The notes below the pieces were generated by a model that was given only the letters and a program-made list of their open reading frames with translations, searched no databases and had not been told where the DNA came from. This document shows, in pieces, positions 1 to 10,922 of a stretch of 64,000 nucleotides of DNA. Made by a program: the position numbers and the translations under genes. Position 1 is the stretch's first letter, and each line of letters starts with the position of its first letter. This DNA is from Naegleria gruberi (Eukaryota): NCBI GenBank assembly GCA_000004985.1, contig GG738869.1; one strand, written 5' to 3'.

Positions 1-3000
1 TCGGTTGGAGTATTGTAAACATTATAAGTAACACCACTAGCAGCAGTTCTCCAGTGAACAGTTTGAACTTGAGCATCAATGTTTGGTACATTGTTATTTG
101 TAACTGTAACAAAAACAGTGGCAGTATTTGAGTTCAAAGCACCATCAGTAGCCTTATAAGTGAATTGATTAACACCAGTAGTAGGAGAAGAACCAAGGGT
201 ATATCTAATAAGATTATTATTCTTTTCAATGGTACCTTTGGCAGGTTGAGTGAAAGTATCAACTGAGAGGGTATCAGAATCAGCATCAACATCATTAGCC
301 AAAACATTAATGTCGATATTAGTAGATTTCCAGTGAACAGAGATGGTATCATTACTTGCAACAGGAGCATTATCCTTAATAGTTACATAAACAGTAGATG
401 TACCTTGCGAAATACCATCAGTAATAGTGTAGGTGAATGAATCAGAACCAACAAATCCTTTAGTTGGAGTATAGATAGCTTTGCCGTTAGATTTTAAGGT
501 TGAACCAGAGGTAGCTGAGGAAACAGATTGAAGACTGATAGAATCAGAATCAGCATCTGTGCATCCAGACAAAACATCAATAGTAATACCAGTTGACCAT
601 ACGGACCAGTGAGCTTCAATATTCTTAACTGTTGCTGTTGGAGCAGTATTCTTAACAGAGACAACAAATGTACCTGTCTTACTAACCCAACCATCAGTGA
701 ATTTAGCAGTGAAAGAGGAATCACCCAAAACTGGGCTATCTGGAAGAGTCCAATTAACCTTATCGGAAGAAATACTTGGAGTACCATAAGTAGTAGCACC
801 AGTAGTCAAACTGAATGTAATAGCATCATTATCAGCATCAGTTACTGCAGATAAAACATCAATCAAGGTAGATTTTTGAGTCCAATGAATATTGGTTGGG
901 AAGACTGTAACAACAGGATCGTTATTCAAAATGTTAATAGTCCAGTCAACTGATTTAGTCAACAAACCATCAGTGAAAGTAATAGTAACAATACTTGCAC
1001 CAGTATAACCTTGTTGACCAACAAAAGTAACCATATTACCAGAGAAAGTTGCAGAGCCACCAACATTAACAGAAACTGTCTTGACAGTTACAGTGTCTTC
1101 ATTGTCAGCGTCATTAGCACCACACATTACGACAGCATCACGAGTATAACCAGAAACAACTACGTCAAAGTGCTTGTTTTCAGTAACAGCATTAGCAGTT
1201 GGTGCTTGATCATAGACATTAAGATTGACTTGAACTTGAGAAGTACTAGCACCATCAGTAATGGTTACATTGAATGTATCAGCGCCCAAATAATTGTTTT
1301 GTTGAGTGTATTTGACATTTGGAATTGTAGAAGCATCACCGTTATTGATAGCAACTGAACCCTTAGAAGGAGTTGAAGTTGAAAGAATTGAGAGAGAATC
1401 TCCATCAGCATCGAGCGGTTGAGGAGTAGAGAACATATCAATAGTGGTACCACCAGTTTTTTGAGTAGACCAGTGAATATTCTTATTAATGACTTGATCT
1501 TGAGGAACATTATTATTGGTAACAATAAGTGTAACAGATGAAGAAGCACTCTTGGTAACATCATCGGTAGCAATATAGGTAATTTCTTGCGTACCAACAG
1601 ATGCAGCAACAGGAGAAAAGACAATAGCCTTTCTTTGAGCATCAATAGAAACTGATCCCTTGAAATCAGCAGCTTTGCTAACAGTATCAACAAAGAGAGC
1701 ATCATTGTTTGGATCCTTATCGTTTGCCAAAACATTCAATTGGTTATCACTTGACTTCCAGTGGAAAGTATAAGAGTCAGCAACTGGAAGAGGAGCATCA
1801 TTTCTAAGAGTGACAACAACATTGGCAACAGTTTCCTTTCCATAGTCAGAAACAGTGTATGTGAAAGTTGTTTCACCAGAATACTTTTCAGATGACTTGG
1901 ATGTGAAAACAAGAGCATCAGTACCATCAGCAAGTTGAGTACGAGTAACAACACCCTTTGATGGTTGAGTGAAGCTAGCAATATGAAGTGGGTCAGAATC
2001 AGCATCAACATCATTTGACAATACATTAATAGTAACTGAAGCATCATTCCAGTGAACAGAAGCAGTATCATCAACAGGAGCTGGAGCAGCATTAGTAACT
2101 TGCACAGTGACTGTTCCTTGATTTGATTCATCTAAGCCATCAGTAGTAGTGTAAGTAAATGTAGTGGTACCAGTGAAACCATTGTTTGGTTTAAAGAGAA
2201 CCTTTTTACCACCTTCAAAACTGGAAACTTGACCAGCAGTTGGTTGAGTCAATGTCTTGATAACCAAAGTATCATAATCACCTGGATTGATATCTTGGTC
2301 ATTATTCAAAACTTCAATAACAACACTTCTATTCCAAGATACAGACACAGCATCATTGTTAGCAATAGGAGCATCATTGACAACATTAACAGTGACAGTA
2401 GCATAATTAGAGAGAGCACCTTCATCATCAACAATAGAATAAGTAAAGGTGTCAACATATGTTTGGTTGAGAGCAGCATAGGTAACAAATCTGTTATTTG
2501 GTGAAATGTCAACAGTAATACCTTGAGTAGAAACAGTTGCAAGATCATATTGAATAGCATCACTATTTGGATCATAATCATTACTGATCAATTCAAATTT
2601 ACCAACTAAACCCTTAGAAACTTTAACAATATCGTCAACAGCAACAGGAGCGATATTTTTAACACCAACAATCAAATAACCAGTTACAGTGAAAATGCCT
2701 GTAGTTGATCCATCCTTGTTAGAATTTTTAACCTTGTATGGAGCAACATCGGTACCAGTGAAATCAGCTGGAGGAGTATAAGTCACATTCTTATCATCAA
2801 TCTTCTTGATCTTACCACCATTTTCAGTGGACAATTCATCAAAATCGAGCAAGAGATAATCATTGGAAGCACTATAATCATTAGCAACAACATCAACAGT
2901 GATTGGAACATTCTTATCGCACAAAACAGTATCATTAACAGCAACTGGAGCGACAGGAATAACATTAATAGTAACAGTACTTGTTACTGTATCAATATCA

Positions 3001-4285
3001 TCAGTAATTCTAAGCTTGAAAGATTCACTATAAATTACACCATCTTCAGGAGTGTAAACCATGGTATAACTATTCTTTTTAACATTGTAAAAATCTTGGG
3101 TTGGATAATTGACTTGAGTAATTGTGGATTGTTCCAAGAATTGGAAGGTACCACGAGTTGGCTTGGTCAACAAGGAAACGGTAACAGTATCTAACATATC
3201 AGCATCAGTGTATGTCAAATCCAATTGGTTATCCTTTGAATTCTTTGGAACATTGAGAATTCTATCAGCATTATTTGGTGGAGTATTGACAACTTTCAAG
3301 AAAACATAACTGCTTGAAGTAGTTGGACCATCAGTAATTGTATATTCAAAGGCATCAGTCAAAGCTTCAACCTTTGCAGGTGGAATGTAACTGAGATAGG
3401 TAGCATCTGAGGAAGTGATAACAGTACCAGCACTACCAGTACCAGATGTTGATGCAACAATAGTAATATTATCACCATTAATATCATAATCATTTTCCAT
3501 AACTCTGAGGATAGTCTTGGCATTCTTTGGAACAGTGTAAGTATCTGGATCAGCAACAGGTGGATCATTTTCAACATTAATAGTAATGAGAGCACTAACA
3601 ATAGCATTACCATCAGAAACGGTATAGTTGAATTGATCTTGAGCATTGAAACCATATTTTGGAGTGTAGTATACATATTTAGTGTCAAAAGTAACAACAG
3701 CTTCTGGAACTTGAGAAGCTGTAATACCAACAACAGTCAATTCGTCATTATCTGGATCAGTAATGAAAGCACCGTTATCAGTAACATAAGCAAAAATGTC
3801 AATACTGTTCTTTTTGCTATTCTTACTAACAGTGAGTGTAATATCAACCAATTCAGGTGGACGATTCAAAACTTCTACATGAACATTTGCTGAAGAAATC
3901 ATATAACCATTAGTTACATAATATTGGAAGGTTTCATTTCCAGCAAAAGAGCCTTTTGAAGTATAAACTAGTGTCTTACCATCCTTCAAAGAAACTGTAC
4001 CAGAAGTAGGTTGAGTAACGTTAACGAGAGTTAAATTCAATGATTTTGGATCAGCATCGTTAAGAAGTGGATATATTGTGATTGGGTAACGTTTGTAGAC
4101 TTGAATATAATCCTATTAGTTGTGGGTATTCAGAAAGTTGACATTTAGACATGCATGAATATAATGATGATAAACACAACAAATTCGAAATACTATGAAT
4201 TACTTACGTCTTTTGCGTCAGGAGCAGAGACTCCAGCAGAGACTGTAACCATGACAATAGTAACAACAACACTCGCAACAACCAT
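1..4285 (-). CDS. Giant secreted cadherin-like/VCBS-type tandem-repeat protein (partial; continues past window start). Exon 1 is 4208..4285 (start ATG at 4285), the intron is 4113..4207, and exon 2 is 4112..1 and beyond.
   Basis: Reverse-strand translation gives an open frame over more than 1,350 codons with no stop. It has about 95-100-aa tandem repeats, each carrying motifs such as VLANDVDADSD, NDAPVASNDTISVHW and NAAPAPVDDTASVHW. The N-terminus MVVASVVVTIVMVTVSAGVSAP is signal-peptide-like. The intron has a GTAAGT donor and a CTAAT..TAG 3' end. All ORF-track entries in 1..4100 are wrong-frame artefacts. Confidence 0.8.
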
Positions 4286-5459
4286 TGCAGAAATGATAGC
4301 ACCAACCTGACAAGGCTTTAGTTTATGTTTTAATAATCAAAACTTACAATTGTTTGAGTAATTGTGTTTCCTTTCTATATAGTCAAAGATGATGAAGAAA
4401 CATAAAGGTCAACAATCAGCATGGACCAAAAATTACGTGAGCGCATTAATCAAAACAAGTTAGAATGTCAAATCACCGAGGGATAATACTACAACAACAA
4501 CATACCAACAAGGATACATTCACGCCAAAGCCTGAAGTACCAACAGTAGAGTTGGTGAAAATAACTTGGCCACCAGCAGGCATCTTGTTTGTTTTTTTTA
4601 AGAGAATGTTTTTTATAATGGGTGAGGATGGCACACATGAAATACCAATACAAAGCCTTTCATCACACGCCAATCTGTATCGAAAGAGAGGAGGATATTG
4701 AATATCGAAATGAGCGTTCTAGTGCTCTGTTGTTGGCCTTCTTTGAAAGTTTGTGTGTTTGTAATTAGCTTCATTGCCGAATAAATTTTATGAATTTGTC
4801 GCACAACTTGACAAAAAAACAGACATGGTGACATTTTGATAATTAATGTAGTAGAGTGATGGGTAACATCATACCATTTCAATACAGTCTAATCTTTAAT
4901 AGACAACATGACAAGTAGAATATATTCGAATATTTTATTGAGGAACGAATTGGGGATTCGAGTCATCTAGATTTGAAATATAGATGGTGTTTACTTTATC
5001 TTGATTTATTACTTACTCTACATCTTCTACTACAATTTATGTTGGCAACAATACACAATACACGAATCATGCCATAATATTTTCATGACTCGAAGGCATT
5101 GAGGTTAGAGCGGAAGAGTTTTAAGTGTAAGGAGTCTGGATCTGGTGATGGTTTGTAGAATAGTTGGTTGTTGTGAATTTTGCCTATTTTAATAATTACA
5201 TAAAAGGAAATAGGCAAACTTCCGTTTTACATTCAAAGCAGTTTATTCCAAAGAGGTTCTTTATCAGAAACGGAATGGTAGAAATTTTAGGTCAGTATTC
5301 AAAATTTTGTAACATTCAAATTTCATTTATTTGCACCATCTACAGTTTAGTTTAGGGTTAGGCAACGAATGACGGAGAGTGAGGGAGATCCTGTCTCAAT
5401 GATAAATTTGTTACCTGTGAATGAGAACCTAGGTTTTGAAAGTACCTTACTACTTTCAT

Positions 5460-6300
5460 TCAGTTCAGCAGGGAAGGAATAGGATAAGTTGGACTGTTCA
5501 TTTTCAACAACTTGTGATAGGCATTTGCATTAAATGTGTCAATAACACTCAATGTACCTCCAACAATTACAATCATTACTTCAGCAGAGTTGGAATTTGC
5601 CAATTTGTAACAAAAATCATAATTTCCTTTGTTTGTGAATTGAAAGTTGTATAAACATCTGCAGTATTATTGATTGGTGTAGAGATTGTTGAAACATTAA
5701 CAAGCTGATCTCACACAACAATTCGAAAGCTCTCCAAGATGCTTTACGAACACCAACATTGGTGATTAATCCATAGGTTCCTGAGAAGACTTTAGATTGT
5801 TGACCTCCCTCTTCGAAAATATCAGAAACACACCAAAAACTGAAAATGTCAACCAAGCCATGAATGTATGGTGCTGGAAAGGCTGTATCTTGATAAAAAT
5901 TTGATCCTCCTCCATTTTCTAATCCAGCATTCCATTCAGTGTAATAAAGTGGATAATTCCCAGCTTCCGTTCTGGTTTTTCTATTGGCATTTCACATAAA
6001 ATCTCTCTTAACGGGGAAGATATCAGTTGGATATTCATGTGTTGATATAAAATCAAGTGGAATATTTGCTTTTTTGTGAATTCATTATTTGAGTCTGGTG
6101 ACAATATTGATCTAATATTCAAAATAAATACCACAGCTCCAAATAATATAATATCCACTCAAACTTGCAACTCTTTCATCAAATCCATGCTCATTAATTG
6201 CTTGAACTCGTTAATGAGAAGTAACAAACAATCCATCTCCCCTATTCCAAGAGCTGTTGACAGAGACCAGTTTTTTGAGTTTAAAGTGGTGTCTGAACAA
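5460..6300 (-). pseudogene. Glycoside hydrolase family 39 (beta-xylosidase-like) copy, 5'-truncated and frame-disrupted
   Basis: The reverse strand encodes ...PLDFISTHEY...NYPLYYTEWNAGLENGGG...DTAFPAPYIHGLVDIFSFWCVSDIFEE. This matches what I recall of the GH39 XynB nucleophile region (HITEYN...TPFNAAYIARIL...SFSYWTFSDVFEE). There is an in-frame TGA between THEY and the TEWN nucleophile motif. There is a 1-nt frame change inside an A6 run near 6045, another frame break with a stop near 6160, and a probable intron at 5659..5714. Only about 290 of an expected ~500 aa are present before the next gene begins. Confidence 0.55.
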
Positions 6301-6408
6301 CAACTTGATTAATAATTTAAAGGACATTGACAGTTTGTTTTTATTAAGATATACAGAGAGAAGGTAGAGAGAAGAACAGTGAAAAGGGAAATGAGAAATT
6401 CAAAAAGT

Positions 6409-7783
6409 TTACAAAATCATGCATTTGCCACCAGTCTTCTTTGCTGATTTGTTATCTTGCTTGAATCTTTCAGGATGCAAAACAACAGTGATGGCCAAAT
6501 TGAAACATTCCTTCAAACCAACTTGTGTCTTGGCCGAACATTCACAGTAAGAAATACAGTTGACTTCCTTTGACATTTGTTCACCCATTTCCTTAGTTAT
6601 TGGTGTAAGACCTTGTTCTTTCAATTTCTTTAAAGTGGCATCGTGTTCTCTCATGTCAACCTTCAAACCACACAAAATAATTGGAACAGCTGGACAGTGC
6701 TTACGCAATTCTGGAATCCAACGATCCTTAATGTTAGTGAATGATGATGGTTGAACAACTGAGAAACAAGCAATGAAAATTTCTGTATCTGGATAAGACA
6801 ATGGTCTCAAACGACTATTTTCAATTGTTCATCATCATTAAAATTATTAAATCAAATGGATAGAGTTAATTCACAACATTTAATATTAATATAGTAGAGA
6901 GATGGTGTAGTGTGTTAATAGTGAAGAAGAGGTGTCAAACAAATTATTATTAGAATCAAGTATGAAACTATTCGAATATTATTATTCTAAAACTTACTCA
7001 TAACTGTAAAATGTTGAAGGTTGTTAATATAATGAATAGAAATATAATACATACTCTTCTTGACCAGCTGTATCCCACAAACCTAATGACACTGTATGAT
7101 TTTCATACATGACATTGGCACAATAGTTATCAAAAACAGTTGGAACATATTCTAAAGTGGTGTTATTAGAAAGTCGTCATATTTTAAAAGCATGGTAATT
7201 AAAAGGATATCAGAAATTGATAGTATCATAACAAGATGAAGTGTAGGACTATGCATAAACAAGAAATTGTTTGTTAGAAACTTACCAGTTGGGAAGGAAT
7301 CAGTACTGTAACTAATTAACATGGAAGTTTTACCGACAGCACCATCACCTATAGTGGAAAATAATTATTTGTTATTAGAATGGTTGTTGTTGTTGTTTTG
7401 ATGGTTAGTCATAAGGTTTAGTTGTTTAAAGTGGAAAGTGGTTGATGGTGGTTTGATGTTTAGTTTACATTAATCATGATTGTGTTTTAGAGGTGAAAGA
7501 ATATTCGTTATGAATGTGAAAGATTATCGCGAAAGTCATGGATAGGGTTGAAATTGTTGTTGTTGTGGTTAGAAAGTGTAGAAATTTAACCAGAAAGTGT
7601 ACGAAACAATATTCGAAAAGGATCAAGTAAGAGAAAGCATCAAGTAATAATGATGGAAAGAAGAAGAAAATTTGTTATCATAATCAGATGGTAGAATTAA
7701 AAAATTCGAAACAAAACGGAATAATTAGAAACTAGACTAAACTTTTACATACCAACAACTACACATTTAATATTAGTATCCAT
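6409..7783 (-). CDS. Rac/Rho-family small GTPase with 5 exons: 7783..7753, 7348..7286, 7141..7045, 7003..6998 (a 6-nt micro-exon) and 6814..6409
   Basis: The spliced protein is [80 protein letters not shown]...KTGGKCMIL, ending in a CAAX box. The P-loop (G1), DTAGQE (G3) and CGLKVD (G4) motifs are intact. Donors are GTATGT or GTAAGT and all exon phases are consistent. Confidence 0.85.
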
Positions 7784-8136
7784 TCTTTATATACAAAATC
7801 TATAGACAAAACTTTAATGATGGATTTGTTTCTATGTACGTACTCTCGAGAAAAAATCTAAGAGGGGTAGATTCGGTTTATTTTTTCTAGCTTGATTGCT
7901 GCCAAAAGTCAGAAGGTAACTGAGAACTAAAGGAATGATGTGTGATGGCCAGACGTGCGAACATTGAACTATAAAGTAATGGAAAAAAAGAAGGTATTCT
8001 ATTGAGGAAGGAACTGTGAAATGAAGAATATTACAAATTTCCATGAAGGCGTACAAATCCCTCATAAATGGGTGCGTCAACGAAAAACATCAGTCTGATT
8101 CCTCAATATCCATTAAGGTTCTCAAACTAATGTGCT

Positions 8137-8207
8137 CGTCTCGTGGTGTAATGGTAGCATAGTGGACTTTGAATCCATTGACGGAGGTTCGATTCCTCCC
8201 GAGACGG
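8137..8207 (+). tRNA. tRNA-Gln (anticodon UUG)
   Basis: The cloverleaf was folded by hand. The acceptor CGTCTCG pairs with CGAGACG. The D-arm is GTGT..GCAT. The anticodon stem GTGGA/TCCAT carries loop CTTTGAA. The T-arm is GGAGG-TTCGATT-CCTCC and the discriminator is G. A T-run follows downstream. Confidence 0.8.
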
Positions 8208-8451
8208 TAACGTGGCGAGCCATTGAATTTTATTTTGAATAAATTTGGAATATTGAAGAGAAACCTTATTTGAAACTTTTTTATTTGAAAACATTAGAAG
8301 AAGGAAGCAGTTTGTTTGTTAAAACAATAACAAATTTCGAGATTAAAAATCTTCAAATATATTATGAATAATCTCCAATTGCTTAAAAACATCTCTTTCT
8401 TAATATTTTGACCTGTCAACCATCAATGATTGGCAACTATAAGAAAAAAAA

Positions 8452-9554
8452 ATGTCATCTTCTGGTTATGATTTAATTGCCATTCCTTTGGAAACAATTA
8501 TTGTGAGTGGGGATTTTCCCAAAAGGCTTTCCCTGCAAAGTGATTCCTCTTATAGATTAATCAAAAAGTTCAAGATTTGAGAGAAAGATTCGAACAGTTT
8601 CTTTCAACTGATGAACTATTAGAATCTCTCCATTGCAATCAACAGAAATTGTTGTTTCTTGACTATTTCTACGATTGTAAAAGAAAGAAAGCCATCAAAT
8701 TTAAAGATTATTCCTCACTCTTTCAAGTTTGTAATTGTTTTCTGGGTGAAATTATTGCCAAGTCAAAGGAACAAATTTTGATTAATGACTTGACAGGTAG
8801 GAATTCATTTCTAGCTCAGTTTAATTCAATAGTGGATGAAAATCCTTCATTATTTCCGATATGTAAGAATGTGGAGGTTTATTCTTGGTTTTCAAAACAA
8901 TCAGAATTGAGTAGAAATAGAGAAGGTGATGTAATTCTAGAAGAATCGAATAATGGTATTGGAAATGAGGAAGATGATGTGTTGGAAATGCTAATTCTCA
9001 CATTTAATTATCATTTCAAAGCTTTATTCTATTTCTTTCAGAAGGTAGATTCAAAATTCATTCTAAATTGGACGAAAGAAAGTTTGAGTTCATTACCAAA
9101 GTTTATTCTAGACGAATTGAAAGTGAAACACGAAACTCGTCAATCCTTCAAAGAATTACTTGTCTACAAGGAGGAAGAACTCAATAACAGTACAATCCTG
9201 GATGCAGACTTTGAATTTCTGAATTTCCTCGCAATGAACACAAGTGATTGGAAAGCAAGAACCAAACTGTCAAATGCAAGTAATTGTCACATTTACTCGT
9301 CAAAGGAAAAATACATGGCAACTCCCAGAACAACCATTTACAAATTTGTCTATACAGTGGATAAGACTATTGAAGAATTTTCAAAAGCTTTCCTTTCGTA
9401 TGATTTCTCTGGAGAAAAGATGGTTATTAGTTCGTACTGGAGTTATGACCCAATGAATATTAATCATTCCTCAAAGAAATATTCAATTGTTAAGGGTGAA
9501 TTAGTTTTCAATCCAAACATTCCTCTAATTTCCAAACGAAGATCAGATGATTGA
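8452..9554 (+). CDS. Hypothetical protein with 2 exons (8452..8502 and 8556..9554)
   Basis: The ATG at 8452 encodes MSSSGYDLIAIPLETII. A GTGAGT donor sits at 8503 and a TATAG acceptor ends at 8555. The frame then continues into the 325-aa ORF, whose listed start is actually TTG. I recognise no domain. Confidence 0.5.
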
Positions 9555-9678
9555 TGTGGAGGAATTGATTTCGAATAAAGTTTGCTAAGAAAAAAAGATT
9601 GAAAGCTAAATTGAGATGTTGATTTGCTCTTGCAAATGCTGAATATCCAATGATCGAGGCTAAGAACAAAAAATCAGA

Positions 9679-9752
9679 TACCGACAATGGGGCTCGAACC
9701 CACGACCCCAGGATTAGAAGTCCTGTGCTCTATCCAACTGAGCTATGACGGC
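9679..9752 (-). tRNA. tRNA-Arg (anticodon UCU)
   Basis: The reverse strand reads GCCGTCA-TA-GCTC-AGTTGGATA-GAGC-A-CAGGA-CTTCTAA-TCCTG-GGGTC-GTGGG-TTCGAGC-CCCAT-TGTCGGT-A. There is one U-U mismatch in the acceptor stem. A T-run lies downstream on the minus strand. Confidence 0.75.
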
Positions 9753-9857
9753 TTACATTCAATATGAAAAATATTCCCTTTTTATAAAATTGTCTAGTAT
9801 GTACCTGGCAAGTTCCTCCTTGTGTTCACAAATGTCAAAAAAGTCAACAAACAAAAA

Positions 9858-10751
9858 ATGTCAAAACCTGTCCACACATTGATTGTTTCGTTGTTTCTTG
9901 TCATCATACTTTCATTTTTGACAGCATCATCCACTGCAAAATCTTATGCAATTACTTCACTTTCTTCAGAAGTTCACATTACAAATGGTGCTTGTACTTT
10001 GGACGTGGTCGAAACTTTCGAATACGAATTTACTGGTTCCTATTCAACTATTGGAAGAGCTTTCGCTTCTAATATTGATAACGTCAACAATATTGCAGTT
10101 GTTACACTCACATCTGGTTATAGTATTTCAACTTATTTTGATAGTACTGGTTATATTATCATGTATTTGAGTCCAGCAACTCCAGAATCAGGAACAACAA
10201 TGGTTTCGTTCCAACTGTCGTATACTGTAATAGGAAGACAAAATCTATTTGCCAGTTCTGCATCAGCTTCAAAGAATACTGTTTCGTTCTATTACAAGGA
10301 TAGTGCAATGATTAGAAATTTGACCTCTACTTTTATATTCGATTCGAATATTGGATTCACCAGTGCACCAACTTCAAGTGGTCAACTCATCACTAATGGA
10401 AATCAATATTCAGTCTTATTTTCAGTTCAAAATCTCACCAGTCTATACGTTCCAACAGTTTACTTTAATCCAAATTCAGACAATTTTAATTTGTGTCCAT
10501 TAACAGTTGGTGGAGTGGTAGGAATAGTTATTGGATCTGTGGCTGGAGCCATCATTCTTACACTAATATTTGCATTCATATTAATTAAGGGTAAATCAGG
10601 TGGAGGAGGAGGTGTTGGCAGTGGAACTTCCCACTGGACAGGAAATAATCATCATCATCATAACCATTCTCATACTGGTTATGGATATAGTGGTGGAGGA
10701 GGTGGAGGTGGTGATAGTGGTCACACTGGAGGTTCAGGATTTGCAAATTAA
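9858..10751 (+). CDS. Type I membrane protein with a signal peptide, an extracellular domain, one TM helix and a Gly/His-rich cytoplasmic tail
   Basis: The first in-frame ATG gives MSKPVHTLIVSLFLVIILSFLTASSTAKS. A TM segment VGGVVGIVIGSVAGAIILTLIFAFILI follows. The tail is GGGGGVGSG...NNHHHHNHSHTGYGYSGGGGGGGDSGHTGG. The listed 9822 start is a GTG. Confidence 0.6.
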   Translation: MSKPVHTLIVSLFLVIILSFLTASSTAKSYAITSLSSEVHITNGACTLDVVETFEYEFTGSYSTIGRAFASNIDNVNNIAVVTLTSGYSISTYFDSTGYIIMYLSPATPESGTTMVSFQLSYTVIGRQNLFASSASASKNTVSFYYKDSAMIRNLTSTFIFDSNIGFTSAPTSSGQLITNGNQYSVLFSVQNLTSLYVPTVYFNPNSDNFNLCPLTVGGVVGIVIGSVAGAIILTLIFAFILIKGKSGGGGGVGSGTSHWTGNNHHHHNHSHTGYGYSGGGGGGGDSGHTGGSGFAN

Positions 10752-10922
10752 CTTGTTATTGAAAATGCTCAATTCCAATAAATATTGGAATTCAATTCTT
10801 ATGGACTTTGTTCGAATGTTAAGCCAAACTTTTTTTCCATCAATTACCTTACCAACATATTCAACTAAACTTCTCTCGAACTTTCAATATTTGTGGAGTT
10901 TGTTAGGAGTTGTTTAAAAAAA

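Noticed and set aside
1-4100. All ORF-track entries in this interval. These are the plus-strand ORFs 609..854, 1011..1358, 2229..2504, 3124..3309 and 3633..3893, and the Leu-rich minus ORFs 134..370, 494..799, 1265..2131, 2306..2581, 2783..2965 and 3359..3733.
   Set aside because: They are antisense or wrong-frame products of the single long cadherin-like coding frame on the minus strand. Their Leu/Ile-rich composition is the signature of out-of-frame reading of AT-rich coding DNA.
4300-5400. The small ORFs 4465..4701, 4473..4673, 4613..4882, 5164..5355 and 5436..5654.
   Set aside because: They are short, have no domain signal, lie in what looks like promoter or intergenic sequence, and have several non-ATG starts.
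5985-6000. A 15-nt 'intron' (GTGAAATGCCAATAG) that would rescue the GH39 frame.
   Set aside because: It is far below any plausible spliceosomal intron length for this genome (minimum about 35 nt). The TGA is better explained as a nonsense lesion or error in a pseudogene, and selenocysteine read-through is unsupported.
9244-10917. The nested ORFs 9244..9456, 9946..10170 and 10600..10917.
   Set aside because: They are alternative frames inside or overlapping better-supported genes (8452..9554 and 9858..10751), and they have non-ATG starts.
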